A stretch of DNA of 64,000 nucleotides from Thermomicrobiales bacterium. GTDB taxonomy: Bacteria > Chloroflexota > Chloroflexia > Thermomicrobiales > UBA6265. Below are positions 35,407 to 43,586 of this stretch, piece after piece. Position 1 is the first letter of the stretch, and each line of letters begins with the position of its first letter. Under the pieces are notes generated by a model, which was not told the origin of the DNA, did not search any database, and saw only the letters and a program-made list of their open reading frames with translations. The position numbers and the translations under genes were made by a program. The stretch covers positions 725 to 64,724 of the forward strand of contig JBHOQQ010000046.1 of the NCBI GenBank assembly GCA_042408955.1, read 5' to 3'.

Positions 35407-37410
35407 CTACGGTGTGACGAGAAGATATCCCATCATCTCCAGGTGCAGCGCCGAGCAGAACTCGGTGCAGTAGAACGGGTAAACACCTGGGCGGTCGGCG
35501 ATGAACGTAATCGTCGTCGCTTCACCGGGCTCGATGCTCAGGTTGATGTTCTGGCCCGGCAACGCGAACCCATGCGTTGCATCGTCCGCCTGCTCGATAT
35601 TGGTGATGTGCCACGTCACCCGGTTGCCGAGCTTGACTTCGATCACGTCCGGAGTGAGGTGGCTGCGCACGACCGTCATATTGACGGTAACCTCGTTGCC
35701 ATTCACCACCACGCCCTCTTTGCCCGGCTCGACCTTGTTGGGCGACGGCGACTGCGTCATTGGATCCCAGCCGACTTCTGGGTAAACCGGGTAAGGTTTG
35801 ATCTTTTCCGCGCGAATCGTCTGCACGTAATGCGGCTCTCCGATACCGATCGGCATGTCGTAGAGGAGCTGCATCGTATCGCCGCTGATATCCACAAGCT
35901 GGAAGTTCTGCGGGCGCAGCGGGCCAACTGGCGCGAACCTGTCGATGGACCACTTGTTGAGGCCGATCAGGAACTTGCCCTGCGGCGTTGTGGTGTCGCC
36001 CTCGATGACGGACAGGTGGCCGATGTTATAGGCCATTGGCAGCTTGTCCACGAGGGTCCAGCCACCCTCGACCCCTTCACCGCCCAGCTTCCAGCGCGCA
36101 ACCGCGCTGTCGAGGAACAGGCTCGTGTAGGCATAGCCTTTATCATCGAACTGGGTGTGCAGCGGCCCAAGACCAAGCTCCACTTGCGCTTCCACGCACG
36201 CCTCATACGGCAGCACCGGAACGCCGAACTCGTCTGGCTGGAAGTTCCCGGCAGCGATGGCATCCATGATCTTCTGGAAGCTGTAAACGGTGACGTGCGG
36301 GTCGAGTTTGCCGGCGACGACGATGTACTTGCCGTCAGGAGTGACGTCCACGCCGTGCGGGCTCTTGGGCTCCGGCACCTGATAGAGGATCCCTTCGGCC
36401 ACCGCGGTGCCCATCCGGATCAGCTTCATGCCATTGACGTCTTCGGCTTTCCCCGCGGCGACGACCTCGGCCGCCTTCTGCCAGTTGATGACGGTGAGGT
36501 AATCCATGTCACGCACGGAGGCACCGGCTTCAACTGGCGGCTGCCCCTGCAGGATGCCACCAGTGGACATCTCAGTATTGAGCGTGTTGGAGAAGGACCA
36601 GCCGAAGCTTGGCCCCTTGCCCGCATCTGCTAGGTCATTCCAGTACGGAGGAAGCTCAACCGTGAAGGACTCCTCCGGCACGATGCGGCCCGTGTCCCGG
36701 TTGAACTTCCAGTAGGTCATCGCGCCGCGGTATTTCTCCTTGTACTCGGAGAGCGGAGCGTACTCCCACCCGATTGGCGTCGCGTACTGCGCCCCGTCGA
36801 TGATGTACTCGGTGTTCGGCGTGACGAACGCTCCACCGTGGTTACTAATCACATGCGGATTCTTCACGATTTGCTTCGTCTCGAAGTCTCGCAGGTCAAT
36901 CACGGCGATCCGGCCATGCGCCTTGTCGTTGATAAACAGCCACTGGCCATCGTACTCACCATTCGTCTCGGACAGGGCAGGATGGTGCGTATCGGCCCAC
37001 GTGACTGGCTTACCATTGACATTCCCTTGGGCCAGCACGGCCTTCGTCTCATCAGAGAAGCCGTAACCCTGCCACGGCTCCGGCGTGAAGACACCGATAA
37101 CTTTCAGCAGGCGCATCGAAGGAACACCAATCACGAGCACCTGACCAGAGTGTCCGCCTGACGCAAAGATGTAGTACTCATCAAGACGGCCGCTCGGCAT
37201 GTACGTTTTGAGGGCGGCGCTCACATCCTCCGGAGTGAGCCCGCGCTGATTGGCGATCTGCGCTGCCACGTCCTCAATCGGTCCCGCGGCAGCCTTCTCG
37301 TGGCGCCCCAGAAGCGGCACAGCCGCCGCTGCGCCCGCAGCGCCCGCTGCGGAGCCTTTCAGCACCGCCCGCCGGTTTACCCGGCGCCGAATCACGTCCT
37401 GGCTACCCAT
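35407..37410 (-). CDS. nosZ: Nitrous-oxide reductase NosZ
   Basis: Beta-propeller CuZ region (WADTHHPALSETNGEYDGQWLFINDKAHGRIAVIDL) and C-terminal CuA motif FYCTEFCSALHLEMMGYLLV. The N-terminus has RRRVNRRAVLKGSAAGAAGAAAAVP (twin-arginine-like). ATG 37410 lies 8 nt after AAGGAGG. Confidence 0.92.
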   Translation of the reverse strand: MGSQDVIRRRVNRRAVLKGSAAGAAGAAAAVPLLGRHEKAAAGPIEDVAAQIANQRGLTPEDVSAALKTYMPSGRLDEYYIFASGGHSGQVLVIGVPSMRLLKVIGVFTPEPWQGYGFSDETKAVLAQGNVNGKPVTWADTHHPALSETNGEYDGQWLFINDKAHGRIAVIDLRDFETKQIVKNPHVISNHGGAFVTPNTEYIIDGAQYATPIGWEYAPLSEYKEKYRGAMTYWKFNRDTGRIVPEESFTVELPPYWNDLADAGKGPSFGWSFSNTLNTEMSTGGILQGQPPVEAGASVRDMDYLTVINWQKAAEVVAAGKAEDVNGMKLIRMGTAVAEGILYQVPEPKSPHGVDVTPDGKYIVVAGKLDPHVTVYSFQKIMDAIAAGNFQPDEFGVPVLPYEACVEAQVELGLGPLHTQFDDKGYAYTSLFLDSAVARWKLGGEGVEGGWTLVDKLPMAYNIGHLSVIEGDTTTPQGKFLIGLNKWSIDRFAPVGPLRPQNFQLVDISGDTMQLLYDMPIGIGEPHYVQTIRAEKIKPYPVYPEVGWDPMTQSPSPNKVEPGKEGVVVNGNEVTVNMTVVRSHLTPDVIEVKLGNRVTWHITNIEQADDATHGFALPGQNINLSIEPGEATTITFIADRPGVYPFYCTEFCSALHLEMMGYLLVTP

Positions 37411-37647
37411 GTCATGGCCTCCTTGCTGATATTCCCACCCGCGGGCAATCAAAGACCGTCCCGTCAGGTAAATCGCCAAATCCTTGGTAGCAGCCCCGGA
37501 CACCGGCACGCCGCCAGCCAACCGCGATTACCTGGCAGAAGACTAGGAGGCCAGCAATTCCAACCGCGTATATCGGATGGGGAGCGACGTTGCAAAATCG
37601 TATCAACCCAACGCTCGCAATCGCGCAGCATTCAGGCTCCACGCCCT

Positions 37648-37686
37648 GACAAAACGCAAAGCGGCCCAGGCCGGAGCCTGAGCCGC
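37648..37686 (-). terminator. Strong intrinsic terminator upstream of the nosZ promoter region
   Basis: Minus-strand GCGGCTCAGGC-tccg-GCCTGGGCCGC (11-bp stem with one G-U) followed by TTTGCGTTTTGTC, 30 nt after the SBP pseudogene stop. Confidence 0.65.
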
Positions 37687-37715
37687 TCGCTGGTTGTGCT
37701 TGTGCTGCACAACTG

Positions 37716-39577
37716 CTATTGCTGCACGCGCACCCAGTTCGCAATGTTCCAATACAACGCTTCGAAGAGGCTGCCCGCGATATTGTCCTCGACGAAGCCG
37801 TTCGCGATCGCGAATTTCTCCGCCGCGCGGTTGACTAGCGGGATGACGACGACATCGTTGATGATAATGTCGTTCATCTTGATGAACGTCTCCGCCGCCC
37901 GCTCGGCATCCGTCTCCTTCAACAACGATTCATACAGGGCATCGTACTCCGGGTTCTGGTACCGCGACTCGTTCACTCCCGACCAGCCATTGGACTTCTG
38001 GGCAATGTTCGAGCCATTTGGCCCGGCGTACCAGCTCTGCATGTACGTCAGAGGAAACGTGGAGGTTGGTGAATTGGTATACATCTCCAGATCGCGGAAG
38101 AAGTGGCTCGCGTTCTGATCGTTGCCAGCGGCGCTATCGAAGAACACCGCGGCATCCACCTACCAAGTGTCACTTTGAAGCCCACGGCCTCCCAGTTCTG
38201 CTTGTTGACCGCCTGCGTCTGCTGGCGAACCGGGTTGATCGAGGTGAAGTAGGTCACCTTCAGCTCGATGTCACCCTTCTTGCGGACATCGCCGTCCATG
38301 ACCCATCCAGCCTCGTCAAGGACTTGCTTTGCCTTGTCAAGGTTGAATTCCCATGAGGTGTTCGGGGATTCCAACGCCGCGATGCCGGTCAGGATATTGA
38401 CCGCCGGCGGCTCCTGATCACCGCCAAGATAGAACTGGTTGGCAATCGTCGCACGGTCGCTCGCCAGCGACAGTGCCTGCCGGACCGCCTTGTCGGTCAG
38501 GAACGGATGCGGCACATCCTTGTGGGAACGTTCTCCTTTGGACTCGTCGTTCGGATCGGAGAAATTGATGAGCACGCGCTCAACGGCACCAAGACCTTGG
38601 GCAATCACCTTGCCTTTGCCGCCCTGCTGCTCCATCTCACGGAGGATGTTTGGCGCCACCTGCAGGTTCCAGGCGAAGTGCCAGTCACCAGTCTGGAGGA
38701 CTGCCTGTGCCGCCGAGGCTGCGTCGCCACCACCCTTGATGATGACGCGGGAGAAGAACGGCTTGTTCGGCTCACGATAGTTCTCGTTGATGACGTAGGT
38801 GACTTGGTCGTTCTCGGTGAAGCTCTCCACCTTGTAGGGTCCGGTGCCGATCGCGTTGCGCCGGAACTCGTCATTTGCCGCTTGCGGATCCTTACCATCC
38901 CAGAAATGCTTGGGATACACCGCTCCAACATAGGTGCCAGTGAAGGGGAAGTACCAGGCCAAGCTCCCCTCTTTAAAGATGAGCTTGACCGTCAAATCGT
39001 CGATCTTCTCGATGTTTTCGATGGCTTGGTAGGTCGTGAGGCTAACGGATTGGTTGGCCGGGTCGAGAATCCACTGCCAGGTGAAGATGACGTCGTCGGC
39101 AGTAAACGGCTCGCCATCGCTCCACTTGACGTCAGGTCGCAACTTATAGGTCACCGTCTTGAGATCAGGAGATAGCAAGCCGTTCTCCACGGAGGGGACC
39201 TCAGTCACCAGATTCGGAATCAGGGTGCCATCCGGGAGATAGTTCATCAGCGGCTCGGTGATGAGTGATGCCGCCAGGGAATCCTTGGTGCCGGTCGAGT
39301 TGTGCAGGCTCAGGTGCGTCGCCGCTTGCCACTGCAGAATCTTCAGCTCGCCACCCGCGCCACGTTGAATGTTTTCGGTTCCTACGGCGGGCCGCCCAGC
39401 CGGCGCTGATTGCGCCGCTGCTCCCTGCACTTTCACCGCGTTCAACACGAAGAGCACGATCGGCAGGCCAACGCCGAGCGACGTCGCTCTGGCGATGAAC
39501 TCCCGCCGGGTTATTCTCCCGGCTTTCAGGTCTTGATACACGCGCCAAAACGGGCCTTCTTCATACCGCTCGACCAT
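37716..39577 (-). pseudogene. Family-5 (peptide/nickel/Opp-type) ABC substrate-binding protein, disrupted by a 1-nt frameshift
   Basis: ORF 38048..39577 (Tat-like RITRREFIARATSLGVG; typical SBP_bac_5 sequence) loses frame after ..NWEAVGFKVTLG near 38160. The conserved continuation VDAAVFFDSAAGNDQNASHFF...YQNPEYDALY.. is in ORF 37716..38159. There are no partner permease or ATPase genes nearby. Confidence 0.7.
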
Positions 39578-39958
39578 GGCTTTCGTTCCTCCTGCGCCTC
39601 CTCGCGCATCTACTAAGCCGACCCCCGATCACCGCGTCGGGGCACACAATGGTGAACCGGCTACGCTGCCGGTGCGGTGACCTCAAACTGGGTGTTTCAA
39701 TCCCCACTCTGCATTACAACAGAGTGCAGAGGCTAACATATTGGCGAAAATTCGGTAACCCCCTTCCTTTCCCCTCACCAGGATTCGGCGATTTCCCGGC
39801 AATGGCTACACCCATCAGCATCGCTCGTTCACGCTTCACTGATCCTCTTAGCTCCCGTGACTGCCGAAAGAGTGTACACTGTTCACGTCTCCGGTCAAGG
39901 GGGAAGCGCGCGCCTCACCGGGATCCACCACTCCGGCCATGGTTCCGCCTGCTGGGTA

Positions 39959-40948
39959 TCAGCGCTCGACGGTAAAGCGCGTCTTCATGCCTAGCGCAAG
40001 GTGGGGCACTCCGTCCGGGTCAGGTAATAAGCAGACAAGCGCGTAGGATCCAGGACGCAAACCGACGAGAACGAGTTCCCCGCTCTGCCCCGCGGGAATG
40101 GTGACCTGGCCGACAAACGTTACGCCTTTCGGAAATCCAGGTCCAGGCTCGGTCAGCAAAACATCCGTGGATACACCGGCTGCGAGCCGGAGCACCAGCA
40201 ACTCGTGATCCTCTTTGCCCCGGTTCTCACCGGACAGCACCACATCCGGGCCCGGCACTCGCCGGGAAGAGAGGGAAAAGGAATAATCCTCGATTCGCAC
40301 GCGGATCTGGCTGGCATCGGCCGGGGGAACTGGCGCTCGGCTCGCGATATGATCAACGCGCCACCGCGCGGTCGATGTCCCGCGTTTTAGTGTCCAGGTT
40401 CCACGCTGGAGTTGATTGCCAAACACGCTCTCTACTTCGGCGGTGGCAGTCTTCGCGTCATCGAGGCTCGTTCCGGTTATCGCGAGAATAGTGAGCGGAA
40501 TTGCCGGGAGCATCTGGGAGAGTGCAAGATACTCCTCCCGGCTTAGCCGGTCGCCCCCACCATACATCTGGCCAAGAAAGCGCTCAGTAACCAGATCAGC
40601 CACAACGTCGGGCCTCCCTGCGGTGAGGCACGCTGCAAGCGCACGAATCACGGCCTCCACCTGCGCGACGCTCGCGGGATCGGCGGTAGCAGGCAACGCT
40701 TCCGGGCTTGCCGCCGGTGTCGCCAGCGCCGATGCGATGGGAGTCGCTCCGGCCGGCGTGGCCACCGTATCGCTCGGCACGGCGCACACCGAGCTAGCAG
40801 GATCTGTTCCGTCCTGGAAGATCGGACTTGCCACCGATTCAGCGGCAAACCAGCTACTCGCCAGCAGCCAGAAAGCAAAGCATGCTGTTCCCCAGCGCCA
40901 CCAGACACGCCCCAGCAGGGACGTCCCTCGCCCCGCTCGATTGCGCAT
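39959..40948 (-). CDS. Secreted two-domain protein: NTF2/SnoaL-like region plus C-terminal cupredoxin (type-1 copper-like) domain
   Basis: Signal/TM VWWRWGTACFAFWLLASSWFAAES. The C-terminus KEDHELLVLRL...PGSYALVCLLPDPDGVPHLALGMKTRFTV matches the His...Cys-x(n)-His-x4-Met ligand pattern of blue copper proteins. ATG 40948 has a GGGGAGAAGGG RBS. Confidence 0.6.
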   Translation of the reverse strand: MRNRAGRGTSLLGRVWWRWGTACFAFWLLASSWFAAESVASPIFQDGTDPASSVCAVPSDTVATPAGATPIASALATPAASPEALPATADPASVAQVEAVIRALAACLTAGRPDVVADLVTERFLGQMYGGGDRLSREEYLALSQMLPAIPLTILAITGTSLDDAKTATAEVESVFGNQLQRGTWTLKRGTSTARWRVDHIASRAPVPPADASQIRVRIEDYSFSLSSRRVPGPDVVLSGENRGKEDHELLVLRLAAGVSTDVLLTEPGPGFPKGVTFVGQVTIPAGQSGELVLVGLRPGSYALVCLLPDPDGVPHLALGMKTRFTVER

Positions 40949-41099
40949 CCGCACCCTTCTCCCCTGTCTGCTCACGCCGACTCCTTCTTGCCTGTGCCAT
41001 CCGCGTCGCTCTTCACTACTCTGCCCAGGATTGTAGACCAAGTTGAGCCGTATACTCGCCGAAATTCGTTCGTGTCGTGATGCGCAGCGGAGATGACAC

Positions 41100-41420
41100 G
41101 TGGCAGATTGGCAGATATCAAGCGACAGCGGCCCAAATGGCCGGGACCGTCACAGCTCCAGCGACGAATGGTTCGAGATGCTTATGCGCACCGTGGCCCA
41201 CCTCGCCGCCCAATTAGCGATGACCCAGATGCGACTCCGAGCCTTGGCCACGGCGCTTGAGGAGAACGGAGCGGTAGATGCTTCGGCGGTCCGCGCTCAC
41301 CTCCGCGCCATTGCCGCTCAGGACACCGGTACTTACCTCCGCGAGAATCTCGGAGAAACCCTTTGCGAGATGATCGATGTCGAAAGCCTTGAAGCCGAGA
41401 TCCGGGAGTTTCTGTCGTAA
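41100..41420 (+). CDS. Hypothetical helical protein, 106 aa
   Basis: GTG 41100 has GGAG 8 nt upstream. Coding-like composition (..HLAAQLAMTQMRLRALATALEENGAVDASAVRAHL..). No family recognised. Confidence 0.45.
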   Translation: MADWQISSDSGPNGRDRHSSSDEWFEMLMRTVAHLAAQLAMTQMRLRALATALEENGAVDASAVRAHLRAIAAQDTGTYLRENLGETLCEMIDVESLEAEIREFLS

Positions 41421-41562
41421 GTGCGGATTGCATCACCAATCGCAACGAGCATCGTGCGCGAGGTCGCTTTGCTGGTCACCTTTCCCGTGATAGGATGACG
41501 ACATCACTGGAAATGGCACATACGTGCAAAGTCGCTGGGCGACCAGGATGAGGAGCGGTGCC

Positions 41563-41646
41563 ATGTGGCGGACCACGGGAATCGGAATCGTCGTTGCGCT
41601 CGTTGCAGTTTCCCTCTTCGGGCTGCTGAGCGGCGTCTTCACATAG
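41563..41646 (+). CDS. Candidate 27-aa hydrophobic mini-protein
   Basis: ATG 41563 lies 7 nt after GAGGAG. Translation MWRTTGIGIVVALVAVSLFGLLSGVFT* forms one TM-length helix. Too short for the ORF track; no other support. Confidence 0.25.
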   Translation: MWRTTGIGIVVALVAVSLFGLLSGVFT

Positions 41647-41970
41647 CGGCACGGCCATCGAAGCCGCCCGGCGCAGATGCACTCTGCCGAGCCACACTGA
41701 ATTCGCCGTGCTCGTCCCCACAGAATCGTCACCTGCATCCGCTGAGCCCGTGCTGGTGCGGTCTGGTGATTACGATCTAATGCCTGGCGTGCGGTGATCG
41801 AATCGTGTACGAACGGCTCTGCGGTCGTACGTTCCGTTCGCACAGCGCACGAGTGCGCAGCGCGGAATCGCTTCGCGCGCTCAGACCGCAGCGATCCGCC
41901 ATTTGGGATGCGTGGATGCGGCGGCGCACCGACTCCTGACGGCCGACTGCTCCTCGCGAGAGATTTCTCT

Positions 41971-42069
41971 CTGCGCTCGAAATGACGCAGGGTGGCTGCG
42001 CTCGGAATGACGGAGAATGCAGGGGATTCCTCGTTGCAAACTCCCGCGCTAACGCGAACGGTATGACGG
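41971..42069 (+). repeat. Short tandem/degenerate repeat CTGCGCTCGRAATGACG
   Basis: Copies at 41971-41987 and 41996-42012 (16/17 identical, 25-nt period). A third degenerate unit (cgcgaacggtatgacgg) lies near 42053-42069. Confidence 0.6.
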
Positions 42070-42348
42070 GGTACCGGGCGGGGCGGGCGGCACGGCCTCG
42101 CCTGGGGGTTCCGCGACCCAGAAACCGGTGGTGAGAGGAGGGTGCGCGTCAGCGCGGATGCCGCGTCGTGCGCGAGCGTGACAGCACGCGACCTTCACGC
42201 ATCCATAAGGACAGACACGCCGGGATTCAGGTACCAAATCTCCCGATCAGCCGGTGCCGGGCACCCTGCATCGGCCCGCGAACCGCTTGCTCTGGTATAA
42301 CCTGCTGAGATTCGACGGCCGGGCAGTCGCAGGAGGTTCGCGCGCACT

Positions 42349-42780
42349 GTGCAGCAACAAACTGAAAGCATAGAACGACCGTATCAGGGCCGGTACGTGC
42401 TTGTTGCCTACCAGGTGACCAGCGTCGCGCTCATCGCGGTGGTTTTGCTGCAAGCGATTCTCGCGGGCAGAGGTTGGTTCCTCGATGGTGACATCATCAA
42501 GGTTCACGGGTATGTCGGGAACGCGACTTTTCTTCTGTCGGTGGCGCTCGCCTTGCTCGGGAGGGCAGCAACACGAAGCATTCGCGCGGTGGCTCCGCTA
42601 GTGCTTCTTGTCATCCTGATCACGATACAGACTGGACTCGGCTACGCCGGCCGTGATAACGCGACGGCAGCAGCGTGGCACGTTCCCAATGGCGTGCTCA
42701 TCTTCGGGCTATCCGTGTTGGCCGGGGTGTCCGCCCTTCGGACGGTGCCGAACTCACGGCCAGGCACGGCGCGGGAGTGA
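42349..42780 (+). CDS. 4-TM membrane protein of unknown function
   Basis: GTG 42349 lies 13 nt after AGGAGG. There are four hydrophobic helices (VALIAVVLLQAIL, ATFLLSVALALLG, LVLLVILITIQTGLG, VLIFGLSVLAGVSAL). Confidence 0.6.
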   Translation: MQQQTESIERPYQGRYVLVAYQVTSVALIAVVLLQAILAGRGWFLDGDIIKVHGYVGNATFLLSVALALLGRAATRSIRAVAPLVLLVILITIQTGLGYAGRDNATAAAWHVPNGVLIFGLSVLAGVSALRTVPNSRPGTARE

Positions 42781-42784
42781 GAGA

Positions 42785-43342
42785 TCACTGCTCGCTTGGC
42801 GGTGGGTTGCTGTCAAGCAGCAGCTCCATCACCACGACATCTACCCATCGCCCATCGAGGACACCCTGCTCGCGATAGATTCCCACCTCTCGAAATCCAA
42901 ACCGGCGGTAAAGGTGGATTCCGGCAGCATTGAATGGAAACCCTGCCAGAACAAGCTTGTGGTAACCAAGCCGCCGTGCCTCGTCGATGATCGCGGCGAG
43001 CAGGTGCGAGCCGGCGCCCTTCCCACGCGCATCACGCGCCACATAGATCGAGAAATCCGCCACGTACCGATACGCGGCGCGAGGATTGAACGGATTGATA
43101 GACGCCCAGCCAACGACCTCGGTGCCATGCTCCGCCACGAATACCGGATGGCGCTCTCCACGGCCACGGAGCCAGCTTCGGCGCTCATCCTCGGAGCGCA
43201 GCTCGGTTTCTAGCGTGGCGATCCGGTCACTGATCCCCTCGTTATAGATCCGCGTGATGGCAGGAATGTCCGCCTCTGTGGCATGCCGAATAGTCAGCGC
43301 CAGCGACCGCGGGTTCGCACCAGCATGATCTTTCTCGATCAT
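42785..43342 (-). CDS. GNAT N-acetyltransferase, phosphinothricin/methionine-sulfoximine acetyltransferase-like
   Basis: LTIRHATEADIPAITRIYNEGI...ATLETE...VVGWASINPFNPRAAYRYVADFSIYV..RGKGAGSHLL...FGFREVG is typical of the PAT/MddA family. Confidence 0.8.
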   Translation of the reverse strand: MIEKDHAGANPRSLALTIRHATEADIPAITRIYNEGISDRIATLETELRSEDERRSWLRGRGERHPVFVAEHGTEVVGWASINPFNPRAAYRYVADFSIYVARDARGKGAGSHLLAAIIDEARRLGYHKLVLAGFPFNAAGIHLYRRFGFREVGIYREQGVLDGRWVDVVVMELLLDSNPPPSEQ

Positions 43343-43586
43343 CGTCAGGAACTGCCTCCATTGTTCGAGAGCCTGAGGGATGGTAGCATCGCACGCCTGC
43401 GAGCGCCGCGGCAGAGTTGCCACCAGGACACCATTCGGCCCATGCTTAGCATACGCTCTGCGCTGGACGCTCCCGATCGAGCAATGCGTCACATGCATCG
43501 CGATAGGAGCAGTAATCAACGAAGGCGCGGTCGAGGACGGTGCAATGCCGGAGGGTTCCGGTTTGCCTCATGATGATAGGAATTGA

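Noticed and set aside
35302-36633. 443-aa plus-strand ORF opposite nosZ
   Set aside because: It is antisense to nosZ, whose CuZ/CuA motifs are unambiguous. The translation is low-complexity Arg/Leu/Asp-rich and begins inside the terminator region.
37560-37600. FNR/NnrR-type box (TTGAT-N4-ATCAA) in the nosZ upstream region
   Set aside because: The closest string, TTGATACGATTTTGCAA on the minus strand, has the wrong spacing and a non-complementary second half-site. Only a weak TTGCAA-N17-TATACG sigma70-like pattern is present.
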